This document shows, one piece after another, positions 23,586 to 35,490 of a stretch of 64,000 bases of DNA. Location: NCBI GenBank assembly GCA_051530055.1, contig CM121343.1:2450389-2514388 (forward strand). The letters run 5' to 3'. This stretch comes from Neoechinorhynchus agilis. Lineage: Eukaryota; Animalia; Acanthocephala. The position numbers were made by a program, and so were the translations under genes. Position 1 is the first letter of the stretch; each line of letters opens with the position of its first letter. The notes below the pieces were generated by a model, which was not told the DNA's origin, did not search any database, and saw nothing but the letters and a program-made list of their open reading frames with translations.

Positions 23586-24149
23586 CTATTCCCACTGGAA
23601 TTGCCTTTCCCGTCTTCCTGGATTTGAAGAAAAATTTAATCTCAAAGTCTTGAATCTTATCAGGCGAAGATAAATTCCCAATGTTGTGAGCAATGAAAGT
23701 TGCTTTGTTGCGGAAGGATTGAATGTTGGAATTTTTTCGTCGTGCCGACCGTTCACAAAGGATTCGAAGTCGTCCATTTCAGTTTTGTTGACGAAGACAA
23801 TTTTTAAAGTACCATTCCAGAATGAAGTTGATCTGATTCTTAGTATACTATCCTTCTTTGTGTTCAGCCATGGTTTGAGGAAACATCCCCATGTGGCTTC
23901 CTTTGATGCGATTGGAATCACAGATATTTTGGTTACGTAATCGTCCTTTTTAACGGGCCGATCGAAGTATATAATTTTGTGTGTATCACCTATTGAAGAT
24001 GAAGTTTGAAGCTTTGTGGGTGGCCGTATGTCACCCTCTGAACGATCACTGAGAAGGTGCCTCCGTATGTCCGGAGGTACCTTAATTTTCAGTGAGTTGG
24101 ATTGCCTTATGCCATCCTCCGTCGCAACACTAGGTGGTTGCGAAAACAT
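23586..24149 (-). CDS. Hypothetical protein (187 aa); could be an orphan gene or a LINE ORF1 relic
   Basis: Long open frame starting with ATG; no motif recognised with confidence. Confidence 0.3.
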   Translation of the reverse strand: MFSQPPSVATEDGIRQSNSLKIKVPPDIRRHLLSDRSEGDIRPPTKLQTSSSIGDTHKIIYFDRPVKKDDYVTKISVIPIASKEATWGCFLKPWLNTKKDSILRIRSTSFWNGTLKIVFVNKTEMDDFESFVNGRHDEKIPTFNPSATKQLSLLTTLGIYLRLIRFKTLRLNFSSNPGRRERQFQWE

Positions 24150-24391
24150 TGTTTATTTTTGAATCGCAAATAACGATTGAACAACTAAACTACGTAGATG
24201 AGGGGTTGAAAATCGATTTCTCATGAACGCTTGGGACGAATCAATTACATTATTCGTGCATCAAATAATACTATGCAATGCACAACCGAAAACATTTCTT
24301 TAAAAATATAGCTGTGCCAATTCTAATCTCTTCGTACAATCCGTCACAAAATGCCTTTTTACTTCTTTAAATTAATTCCTGGACACTCACA

Positions 24392-25891
24392 TTAATCTTC
24401 ATTTGTTATATCCTGAAGCTCCGATATTTGCTCGTCTTTTGGCTTCCTCCGGATCCTACTAAACGTTTCTCTCGCACATTGTCCAAGCCCCTTCATATCA
24501 GAAAGTTCAGAACTCGTATGGTATTTTGTCTCAGGTAAAAAAATTATCAGTATAGCAACAAAAAGTGCAAATCCTCCAATCGAGAGCATAGTTACTAGTC
24601 TTTGAGAAGTTAGTTGATCTTTCAAGAAAGGACTTAAAGCTGTTATGATTTCAGCGAAAAAAAGGCAAATCCAAACCCGAATTGTCTATACTTCGTTGGA
24701 AATAGTTCTGATACGAACATCCAAACGATGTCAGAATTAGCTGCAGCAGACAACTTTGCGATGTGATTGAAGACATTCAAAGCTGCTTTATTGCCTGAAG
24801 GAAGGACAGCAAATATTATAGATATAAGCACAAGCAAAAGATTGGTGAAAATACTTCGTTTCCCGTCCGAAGAATTTCATTGCGATGCCACATGAAACAA
24901 ACTGTGGAATTTCGACAACAGCTGTTATAAAGAAATGGAGATAGACGTTGGACGAAAATGCGGACGCTGATAGAGTAAATCCGAAATAACCAAAAGTAGC
25001 CAATGACATTATGAGACATCCACAAAACAACGAGTATGGAAACACAATTGACGAAAACATTGCTCTTAAGTTTTTCTTTATCCGATTTAGCAGCGTTACA
25101 CGAGTTTGGGCCTCTGAATCATCGACGATTAGTCCGATATCGTCTTCAAGTGAAAAAAACTTTTGATCTTGTGGTTTCGTTGAGTTCATTTTATATGCTT
25201 CGGTTAATATTTTATTTACATCAGCTCGTCGTTTATGAACAGCTAGCCAAAATAAACTTTCTCTCATAATCCAATAATAGAGTACAGTGACTGCGACTGG
25301 AACATAAACTGTCAAATAAAGATTCCACCATCCTCTAACAAAATAAGCGACTAAATCCAAGATCAACATTCCTATACCCCAAATGAAATTGGCCATTATA
25401 CACGGGGTGCCTCGGTATTCCGCTGCAAAGACTTCAACAGTGAGAATATAAGAAGAGAGACCACACATCTGCCAGCAAATTCCAGATAAAAAACGGAATA
25501 CTATAAATAAATATCAAGATGATTCCGATCAATAAAAAATATATAATGATTTTATCTGATCGGATGCATCCGATTTAGATGGTATTTGAAATTGCACAGC
25601 CGATTCCGCACATGATTTATATCCAAGCCCCGAGAAGAGCAATTGGATTCTACCAAAGTTGTCGCCAAACATTGACAAAACGGCTGCCCCAATTACTGAT
25701 CCTATGAAAAAGGCTGGCTGTGGAATATCCTTTAAGAATTCCCGATCGCAGCATAGATCAAAAGTGAATAATAGCGATCTGTCGTCGGGAAGCGGGTGGA
25801 TGTAGCCGTTAGGACAGGGTATTGTTTTGTTTGACAGTGAATTAAAGTTCTCAAACTTTCCATCTACATTAAGTGAAATCGCGTCGCTCAT
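24392..25891 (-). pseudogene. SLC22/organic cation transporter-like MFS protein, frameshifted (pseudogene or assembly indels)
   Basis: CPNGY...FDLCCDREFL...FFIGSVIGA...GDNFGR; FRFLSG; EVFAAEYRG; RESLFWL; FGRKRS; SELFPTKYRQFG; LPETK. Frames switch at homopolymers near 24862 and 24660 and near 25500-25600. No TM1 is seen. Confidence 0.88.
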
Positions 25892-27515
25892 CGGCCATCA
25901 AATTAATCTAAAAATGTCTATTTTACTTATATTTTTGAAAATAGTAACGTTAAAGTTTTCAATATTTTTTGAATCTCTATCATTCAAAACCTTGTGATCA
26001 TTTTCCTCAATTTTTTACTTTTCGCCTCAATTCTCGTTCTTATACAACTCAAATCCTCCATTAGTAAGGGACATTTATGTTCCGGCATTTGATATAAACC
26101 CTAACCAATGAATTTCCTTTCGCTGTTTCATGATTACATTGAGTGCCATTTAAACATTTATGGCATCATAGACGTATCTTCTTATATTCTTATAATCTGC
26201 CAGCTATTCTCAAATCCACACCGTGGAAATCCCTGATTTTCTGGATCGCAGTAGATTCCAACAAGTTCATCGGCGACTTCACTGTATGTTGTATTGCGTG
26301 GTGCTGAACATGCGTAGTCCGAATGTTTTTTCCCGATATTTTCCAAAATTCATCGCTGGATTCAGTGTGTTCAGCGAACAAAGTACCCCATTGTTCACGA
26401 GTGGAAATGAATGCTGATTCGGTTGAAGATGAAATGATTGAACGTTGCACTGAACGTGGCTTTTGATCGAGGCTGAGCCTTCGAGTAATGACCGACCATC
26501 GATGAGTACGAGTCCATTTTAGGATTGTGGTTCATTTGGCCACTGAACGATGGTGAATAGTTCATGTTGGGTATGGCGGTACGTTTTCCATTGTGCTTAA
26601 ATACTTGGATTTGAAGATTCGAATCAGTAAGAGGAAATGTTGAGATCGTGAAAATAAAGATGGCTGAGTTAGGTGAGGATGCCTCTCAATAGTAAAAGAA
26701 TGAAAACTTACATTGAAATCATTAAAGCATTTCTGCTTCGCAGGATAAAAGCTGCTTTGTATTAATGCTGATTTTTTGACATTTTTAACTTTTTATCGTT
26801 TTTTGCTTAACGAAAAAATGTTAAAATTTGTCCATTGACAACATTTAATTGTTAATTGAGAAGCTATTTCCGTATCGATAACATTTTGTTAAACATACTC
26901 AATCTTTTGAGACATCAAATCATTCACACAATCGCTCTGGATCCCTGAGATGCCGTTTTCGTGTAACGGTCGAAAGGACGGATGAAGCATTCCTTCTCGT
27001 TTTCAGAGCAGATTTTTGTAAAATAAATGCTCCTGATCCCGGATCGCCAGTGATTCGTCTCAATCTCTTAGACAATTCTTTGACCAGGTCCTGCGCCGAA
27101 GTGAGCTCACACTTTCCAGCATTAAGCTCAACGCCCAGTCTCGCAGTCTCCCTAATCTTTCCAGATCTCTCGGTGCGGATATCAGCCTTATGGACGTCAA
27201 GAATGAAGTAAAATGATAAACAGACTCAAGGTATAAACAAATAACTACCATACAAATGAAGATTCTTACTACGAACAATAAATCATTTTAGTAGGCTGCT
27301 ATTATTTTTGTCAGCTCTTCTTCAGTACTAATTTTGATTACCAATTCAACAAAACAATGAAAATAATGCTTCCATTTCAAGTTTGACAATATCTCAGATG
27401 TTTGTACATTTGAAAGACGCCAATTGAGGTCGAATTGACATCGTTCAATTTCGGTGCAGTAAAACTAAAACCATACTTTGGAATTGTCTTTAAAGTGCAA
27501 GGGAACGAATCAAAA

Positions 27516-29444
27516 ATGGCGATCAAGCGAACATCAAATGCTAAGGAGAAATCACTCGCTCAAATTTGTGATGAATTGAGAGATAATCTCGACGGTGATT
27601 CTTGTACAATCAACCAATCTTTGGCCAAACGCAACCTGCGAGAATTGTTAACGCGATCGATTACAGCCGAGGAAATCTTAAACTTTGGGATGCTTGAGAT
27701 AGTAGACGAAATGACCCTAGACAAAGATTGCAAAAGTACAAGTTGGTTCCTAAGTAAATTAAAGAACAAATTCAAAAAGATAGTCGGTGAAAAATATTGT
27801 CCAAGGATGAAAACGACAAAGACATTGGTCAGTACGACCTCAACTCGAAAACGAACAAACAAAGATGAAATAATGGCGAAAAAGAAGACAGATTCAAGCG
27901 ATAAAGGACGAACGATTTATGAAAAGTCAACGTCCCAATCATTAAATATGCTAATTAAAAAGGTTAAAATTGGATTGGACCCACAGTTTAAAGTTACAAA
28001 CAAGAGCTTAGTAACAAGTGTCTTTTCTGAGATTCTCAAACAAGAAATGACCATCTCTCAGATTAATAAGTCCGGCCTAATAAAGATTCTCCACCAAATG
28101 AATCAAAACAGAGAAAACGGAGAACTTGACCATTTGATTAAAGAAGTGGCAGCAAAAATTAAAGTAGTGCTTGGCATGGAAAAAGGTAAAAATGCCAATG
28201 ATAAATCTCATAGGATGTCCGGTATCCACTCAAAGTTCGATGCTGAGATTGAAGAGCAGTGTCCGATAGAAACGAAATCCAAATCCAGTTTTGAAGACAC
28301 GAGCTGTAAAGAAATTTCAAGGAAGAGGCTGTCATCAACCATTCAAGGTGAAGAGAAAACAAAAATTCAGCGGACAGATTCAACACATCTCCGTCAAAGA
28401 ATCTTGATGACTATGAACTCTGAACACGAAATTGTTAATTCTGATTTATTAAGGAGCATCTTTGATGAAATTCTGAAGGGCGAAGTTAGCCTGAGTGAAA
28501 TTCGTCAATCCGGATTGATAGATGTTCTTGGAGAGATGCTCGACAACAAGGATAATGCTCCACTCAAGAAACTCTTAATCCAAGTTGCTATGAAGGTCAA
28601 GGAGGCTTTCAATCAAACACGATCTAAAGAACGACGAGCCACGAAACCCAAATTGAATAAACCAATAGAAGTAGAAGCCGAATTATCAGATACTGATACT
28701 AGTTATCGGGATTCTAACGCAATTTCGGAAAAGAGAACAGAATCGCCGAGGAGAATCAATAGCGATGGAGAAATAGAAACGGGACATAACAACGTTGAAA
28801 ACGTTCACAGTCAACAGATTTCAGAATCCAAACAATTGATGCCGTCTTCTCGTTTAACCAAGAAGATTAAATTACTAAAGTTTTTATTGGATTCACAATA
28901 CGCAACCAAAAGCCTAGAACTGGTGGACGATGTCCTTTCCGAGATTTCAGAATTAGAGATGACTGTGGATGAAATCAAAGATTCCGATCTTATAACTATT
29001 CTCCATAAGATGGCCAGCAACGAGGAAAACGAACCGTTAATCGACATCATTGAAAAAATCGGAAAAAAGATCGCGGGAATCTTTAATCGGCAACCTACGG
29101 AAATGTCCAATATTTCGATCGAAAATAAATCAGGGTCACAATTGAAGGACAAATCACTGAATGAATCGATTTCAAAAAGAAAATCAAAGCCTTCAATTGA
29201 AATGAACTTGAGCATCAAGGAACTCTGCGATCGTTTAAAAAGCATCTTGGACGAGAAGTTCACTGTTCGGAACCACGCGATGCTAAAGCGGATACTCAGC
29301 GCGATGATTAAACGTGAAATAGCGCTAAGTGAAATTCGGAATAACAATTTGGTGAACATCCTAAGTCAAGTTCGTTCGAATCACTTAAATATTCGGCACA
29401 AAGGACAGCTTGAAAAATTGCTGAAAAAAATAAATGGCGGCTGA
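27516..29444 (+). CDS. Intronless protein (642 aa from ATG 27516) with five ~75-aa helical repeats resembling the TFIIS N-terminal (TND/LW) domain
   Basis: The ORF is certain from the track. Internal repeats such as SEILKQEMTISQINKSGLIKILHQM, DEILKGEVSLSEIRQSGLIDVLGEM and SEISELEMTVDEIKDSDLITILHKM are visible. The domain call is by resemblance only. Confidence 0.75.
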   Translation: MAIKRTSNAKEKSLAQICDELRDNLDGDSCTINQSLAKRNLRELLTRSITAEEILNFGMLEIVDEMTLDKDCKSTSWFLSKLKNKFKKIVGEKYCPRMKTTKTLVSTTSTRKRTNKDEIMAKKKTDSSDKGRTIYEKSTSQSLNMLIKKVKIGLDPQFKVTNKSLVTSVFSEILKQEMTISQINKSGLIKILHQMNQNRENGELDHLIKEVAAKIKVVLGMEKGKNANDKSHRMSGIHSKFDAEIEEQCPIETKSKSSFEDTSCKEISRKRLSSTIQGEEKTKIQRTDSTHLRQRILMTMNSEHEIVNSDLLRSIFDEILKGEVSLSEIRQSGLIDVLGEMLDNKDNAPLKKLLIQVAMKVKEAFNQTRSKERRATKPKLNKPIEVEAELSDTDTSYRDSNAISEKRTESPRRINSDGEIETGHNNVENVHSQQISESKQLMPSSRLTKKIKLLKFLLDSQYATKSLELVDDVLSEISELEMTVDEIKDSDLITILHKMASNEENEPLIDIIEKIGKKIAGIFNRQPTEMSNISIENKSGSQLKDKSLNESISKRKSKPSIEMNLSIKELCDRLKSILDEKFTVRNHAMLKRILSAMIKREIALSEIRNNNLVNILSQVRSNHLNIRHKGQLEKLLKKINGG

Positions 29445-30226
29445 TATTATCAATCATCACTGATTTTACCCATGTTTAAGAGACGATTGACCTAGGATAA
29501 AATATTGTTCATGATATTCAAGGAGCTTTTGGTCGTAGTCGCAACTATCTACGCATTCTCATGATGAATAAGAATAAATTATTATGATAGATCAAAGAAT
29601 GAAAAAATTTGTGTTTCAGAAAGCCTTTCATTTCCAAAATTCTTGATGAATTCTAAACGATAAATGGAATTTAAGAATATAATTTTTCACATCCAATATG
29701 TTTGCAAGTTTCATTGGGGAATTGATTTAGAGCTTGAAAATATCGAAGATATTTGTGGCTAAAAACAATATCACATGGAAATAAAAGCTATCAAAATTCT
29801 CAGGATTCACAGTTATCAACCGGCTACTTTTAATGAGTCTGAAATCAAATTACAAAGTAACAAATAATTCTATGACTAAAAATGTTTTTTAGATATTCTA
29901 AATGAAAAAATGCCTGAGTGAATTTCAATAAGCCGAATTTCTTAACGCCTTTGCTGAAAATTTCATTTGCGATAATATCGCTTTCGGTCTTGGAATAAAA
30001 AATCGAGTTGAAATCGAAATCAAACAGAAGTTCCGCAGTTTTATTACAGAAGATTGCACTTAAATAAGCAATATGAAATGTCAAAGAAGAATGAATTTCA
30101 AAAGAAATTGCTGAGAAAAAGATTTATTAAAACTTAAAAGGCAAAGAACACGTCATTTGCAAAATGTTGATAATTGAGGTACCGGGGACAATGATTGGAA
30201 TTATTGTTTAATTCTTCACCCATTAA

Positions 30227-30603
30227 AAGACCGTCGTGGTAGATCTCGAGTTTTTCTTCGTCCAAGACTCAATGCTTTCCATTTTATACGTTTTTCTCTA
30301 AAAAGATGAGTTTGCTGGAAAAAGCTTATATTTTATTGAAGTCGTCGCCCAGTAAAGAATTTCTCATTAAAGACTTTATCGGGTAAGACCGTAGTGGTCG
30401 ACCTCCAGTTTTTCTTCGTCCAGGACTCAATGTTCGCTATTTTATACGTTTTTCTCTAAAAAGATGAGTTTGCTGGAAAACGCATATATTTTATTGAAGT
30501 CCTCATCCGGTAAAGAATTTCTTATTAAAGACGCTATCGGGTAAGACCGTTGTGGTAGATCTCGAGTTTTTCTTCGTCCAGGACTCAATGTTCGCTATTT
30601 TAT
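30227..30603. repeat. Tandem repeat, ~2.4 x 158 bp
   Basis: AAGACCGT recurs at 30227, 30385 and 30543. Confidence 0.93.
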
Positions 30604-30625
30604 AAATTCTCTTAACATTTGAAAA

Positions 30626-32389
30626 AAATTATCAATCTCTCTTCAAAGCTACGAATCCAAAAAACATGAAAAAGATTTAATAATGTAACGAAAATGTAAT
30701 TCAGACCTTTAAGAAAGTACGAGGAGATAATGGTAATTTATGCGTTAGAGATCAGCCAATCAATCAGCTGTGAAAAAATTGCGTGTCGGATATTTTATTA
30801 CCGATCGATTAATAATATAAAACTTTTGATAATACTAAAACACTGCTCACAAATGCACTTTTTGTACCGAGTGAAAAAAATTAAATTTCGCAAAATGATC
30901 CGGTCCAAAAAAACTGAAGCAATCCGAGAAAACGCCGATGAATGCGACAATCCTCCACTTTGAAACGGATTATCCTTATTTTTTACCAATTGCCCTCTGA
31001 GATGCAATCGCATCCTTCGTCGTCATCGGGCTTTGGCCTTTCGCCAATACTCACTGTTTGCAAGTTTTTTCAACTGCGAATGGGGATTAACCCTCAACGA
31101 CACTCTTGTTTTGTCCTTGTTCTTTTATACCAGAACGAAACTTCCTGGGTAAGTACGTAACGGAAATACGTTTATGATTGTCTAAAACAATTTTTAAGTT
31201 TTATTTTTCAACCTTTTCGGCTTTCCTGGACTTCAAAATCATTCATCGCACTGATGAAAGCATTTAGAATTTCTCGACGAAATCGATTGGTCATTTACAA
31301 ATCGAAGTAGAAATGAGAAAACACCGCTTAGTAGAGACTTCGCTCCGTCCTTAAACTCAATGATTTAACTAATTCATCTTTCAGACTTCTTCAGAGTGGA
31401 AAACCAAGATATTGAGATGTTTCTTTGAAGGATCTTCATTGGAGGAAGTTTGAGTAAAGATTTCAACTATACAGCATTTTCGTCTCGCTTTAGCCTATTA
31501 ATCAATCTTCATTCAAACGAAAAAAATTTAAATTCAAAGTTGGCTTGGTTTGCCGGCATTTAACGTAGTTTATTTTAGAAGTATTTAGGAAATTAATCCT
31601 CAGAGCCCTGAACATAGAAGAAATCCGGTGGGCCGTCGGATGCATTGTGCGCCCAAGTACCTCATCGTTGGCAAATTATTAGGCTGAAATCAATTAATGA
31701 GGATTTCATTTGGGGAAATGTTGCCCAGTGGGATTTCTGCACACAACAAAGTTTTTCGGCCACGCCCAAGTGAGATGAACAGTCGAATTGGGCCTTTGAA
31801 GATATTCAATGGGTAATGCGCCAATTTCCTCATAACTTTTTCTGAAATAATCCGCATTGAGTTCAAGAAATGGATAAAACACCAAAAATGTTACCCTCTT
31901 CTACTGATCAATGCATTTTATTTTCAAATCTCTAAACATTCAGACGAAAAAGTCTTTTTTCTGAACATCGAAAAAGGTGAGACCATTTTGTGAGACTAAC
32001 TCTTTATTCTGTGTTGAAATGAGGCCTTTTCCAGGGCCGATAATTTGGATTGGACACACAGATCACCGATGTGGTCCAAGGAAGTACATAATTCCATTTA
32101 ATATCTTGGACCATACGGTTTTGAGTATTTAACATTCCTTCGGAATCTCAGATATGTCCAAGAGGCGGGACCATCGGTGGGTTTCCTTCCTTCAGCGGTA
32201 TTTCGTCCCCTTTGGTTCTACGTCATCGGTGCTCCGAAACAGAGATTCGGAGTTCAATTCCATTAGACCGTATGGGCACAATTATGGAATGTACAAACTC
32301 TGCCAGTTTTAATTTTGGACCGATTATTGAATAAATTTATGCTTATTTCTGACTTGCCGATTAAATTTATTCTGTGTTGAAGTAAGGCC
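30626..32389 (+). repeat. Segmental duplication arm A (~1.77 kb), inverted relative to arm B at 56382-58163
   Basis: The reverse complement matches along its length, e.g. the near-identical ORFs at 30730(+) and 57818-58057(-). Confidence 0.95.
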
Positions 32390-32469
32390 AGTGGTTAACA
32401 GATTATGCCTTATAGCTGAAATTATAGCTCGGCAAATATATTTAAGTTCATTTTCATGTTAAAATCGGA

Positions 32470-33050
32470 TACCGGGGCCTCGTACGTAATAACTCCTCAT
32501 CAGCAACAAGCGATGGAGCGTATACAGAAGTTATCCTATCATCTACGTGGATTGGTTGTGGATTGTACTTCGAGACTAGTGAGATCTTGATAGCTAATCC
32601 CACACCATGAAGTTTTGGCTCCGTTGCAACCTTTTTCCTATTCCGAAAGTTGTCCTTCATTGGCCGCCGACAGCCACCACATCAATACCATTCCTTCGGA
32701 GCTCCTTTGGAATCAATGCCGTGTGCCGTTCAGATCGATCACATTTGTCTCTGTCGATTCATGTTCTGATGTTTCAAACAAGAGTCCATAAACTTTGAGA
32801 AAAACTTGTTCTTTTCTTTTACGGCCGCAGAGGGATATCACCAAGCTTTTTTAGCCCACATTTTCTAGGGCCTTCTCCAACTTGCAGAGAGCACTGCGAC
32901 GGCTTAAAAAAAATTTGCTCCACATATCCGTAACCACCGAAGTTTTGGCGCCAAGTCATCAAAACAGCGATCATCTCGTGTATATCGCTGATGTCAAGCT
33001 CCGGACTAAAGGCTTCCAGGGATTTGGCACCCCGTGCCTTCGTTATCATT
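32470..33050 (-). mobile_element. RTE-clade LINE fragments (APE and RT), scrambled
   Basis: HGVGLAIKISL...VDDRITSVYAP is typical of RTE APE; degenerate KARGA...GDIPL RT start. Confidence 0.65.
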
Positions 33051-33179
33051 CTCTTATCTCCACTAGACTGAAGAAATGAAGTGAAGTAAAAGAAGACGAT
33101 GGAATAGGATCGATGAAGTCTTTGGCGTGATGAGATTCAAGTGAAATTCTGGCGTCACACCGTCTTCCACTTGTTTTGC

Positions 33180-33690
33180 TAGTAAGTTTTCTACCAAGTG
33201 TTCCGCCACAGATTGACGCAAAGGCCGTTCAGTTTTGCCTATGTAAATGGACTAGCGATTGTCATCGGCCAAATATCATTCGCATGTCATTTGGTAGACC
33301 ACGTTGCTTCGAGTGCAAATCAAATCTTGTCGGCTATTTGCGTCCCCGGACTTCCATTGTGCGTACACATCAAAGACGATGCTGGATATGTTTCCGGTGT
33401 TTCATGATGTCCAGGTCGCGTCAGGATTCGCCCAAGTGTAGTTGCCGTTCTGTGGACAATCCGAATATCCATTCCCGATCCATTCAACCGTTTCTCGAGT
33501 GCACTTATCGTTCTCTCATTGTCGACGTTTGTAGAGAGCGAAACAAAATCAAAAGGCATTACCTGGCTACCATTTAAGTCATTGCATCGCGCATTCAGAG
33601 AATTAAGTGAACCCTCAACATTCTGCAAAAATGAACCTGTCCTGTGAAGCAATGGGCAAATTTTCGTCGCCAAGAAGGGAGATAATCGGT
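33180..33690 (-). mobile_element. Penelope-like fragment with a large internal deletion
   Basis: FDFVSLSTNV (RT) is joined directly to IRIVHRTATTLGRIL (linker before GIY-YIG). Confidence 0.7.
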
Positions 33691-34278
33691 ACGCAGATCC
33701 ATGGACTGCCGAAAAACTCGGTCTGCATTTAAGAAAAACGCTGTTGTCAATGTTACTGGACTAACCGGCATCTTGTATTCATTTTGACCGTTGGGTACAT
33801 TCCGAACACTCGCAACGGTTCCTTCTTTTCAAATATCTTGCGGCTATCACTTTACGAAACATGCTTTTCAACTTTTTGCGCTTCAATTCTCAATCATCCT
33901 TCGATTCCATCATATATATAAGCCGATCTCGCAGTATTTTCTGCATTTTGATCTCTTATCCACCTTTGTCAATCGAAATTAAATCACCGCCATTATCACT
34001 CAATGAACGTAATATTGTGATGTTTTATAAAGCTTGTTATAGTGAAGAGAGATTTGCGGAGTACAAGAAAATGCCGTCAAAAGCTGCTATGCACCATCTT
34101 TAATGATGAAATTTGTACTACGGGCGATCCCAAAGGAAAAGATAAGCGACTCTAAGGTTAAAAATCACTATTCTATAGGCTTCATGATTGTTTCTACAAT
34201 TCTATTGCTTAACGAAAAATTTAAAAGGGGCAGCTAAAAATGAACTATGTAATATCGCGATTAATAAAACGGGATATT

Positions 34279-34518
34279 TATAATTTTAATGAACATACTC
34301 CCGGTCATAACCTATTCGATTTTGATTTATTGGAAATATTTCGAAGGAGGTAATCCCGCCTCATCAGTCATTGTTTGCAAGCTTTTTTCAGAAAAAAACA
34401 AAAAAAACGAAAATACTTGCAAACAATGACTGATGAGGCGAGGTTACCTCCTTCGAAATATTTCGATTAAATCAAAATCAAATAGATTATGACCGGGAGT
34501 ATGTTCATTAAAATTATA
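34279..34518. repeat. Fold-back inverted repeat (103-bp arms, 34-nt loop); each arm carries a degenerate hammerhead
   Basis: 34279-34381 is complementary to 34416-34518. The right arm reads CTGATGAG-GCGAGGTTACCTCCTTC-GAAATATT. Confidence 0.92.
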
Positions 34519-34682
34519 CTTTGACTTACCCGAAGGATTTTCTATCAATGAAAACGGGATATAGCGGATCAAAGATTTTAAAATCATTTTTTCTATAAAA
34601 AATATGTTCATTTTTGTGTTCTTTTTTTAAAGCAAAAGTTTTTTTAAGCAAGCATACATAATTTATAGTTTCTTCAACGCTC

Positions 34683-35490
34683 CTATTCATCGGCGCTGGC
34701 CAAAATGCTAGCCGCATTACCCCGTTGCACCGCAATGCTTATCTTTTGCGTCAAGAACAACGTCGATCTTGGCTCTCCAGTCGCCGCGTAGATTCGTTTC
34801 TCCAAGTCCTTCAGGAGGGCTACTGCCGACCCTCCCAAGGCCCCATACGTTTCCACACCGAAGGGGACGAAATGGTAATTTCTTGTTAGCTCCCTGTATT
34901 TTGAGCATTTCCGATCCTCTGCAGCCGTCGCCGCTCCTCCTGGACCTATTTTCGAGTGGCTGATGTTGGAGTTTGCCAACGTGTCCACATACGTTGCATC
35001 CCACAACAAACATTTTCCCTCCCGCCAAGGAAATACGGTATCTAATCCACAAAGATTAGTGGGTTCTAGAATGTTTGGAAGGGAAAGCGTTTTTAGAGTC
35101 CTACTCAGAATGGCATTGATTTCAGCATGCCTTGGAAATCGTCCCGATGACGTCTTGCATATGAGATCGTGTTTCCCCGAAGAGTCCACTGTAGTGCCGC
35201 AGCGGCAGCGATGCGGGATGCAAATCGGTAGACCTAATCTCAAGGATACTGCGATCTTGACGACTGAGTCAGCAAGGAGATTTCCAAGTTTACCTACAGG
35301 GAGAGCATTCAGCCACGCTCCCGACTCCTTCGTGGAACAGGCTACCAGCCGGACCTGAGACACCTCATCCAGAAGATCTTTGAAAGAGTTGTGAATCTTC
35401 TGAACAAGAGGAATGTCCCAAGACGACTGTTTGCACTCATTTGCGGGGAGCTGGTTGATGCCTGTCAATTGATGCCATTGAGATAACCCC
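34683..35490 (-). mobile_element. CRE-like retrotransposon C-terminus (CCHC zinc finger and restriction-like endonuclease)
   Basis: SGAWLNALP, CRCGTTVDSSGKHDLIC, RHAEINAI, PWREGKCLLWDATYVDT, FVPFGVETYG, AVQRGNAAS. Confidence 0.92.

Noticed and set aside
26882-27212. About 110-codon stop-free plus-strand frame upstream of the TFIIS-N-like gene
   Set aside because: No start codon, no motif and no convincing splice link.
30940-31030. ShK-like Cys spacing (ECDNP...CPLRCNR) in the duplicated arm
   Set aside because: There is a stop in arm A and an 8-nt frameshifting indel in arm B, and the cysteine set is incomplete.
31251-31292. CTGATGA...GAAA in the duplicated arms (also ~57490-57530 and ~63950-63990)
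   Set aside because: No stem II can form and the stem I register leaves no cleavage-site nucleotide.
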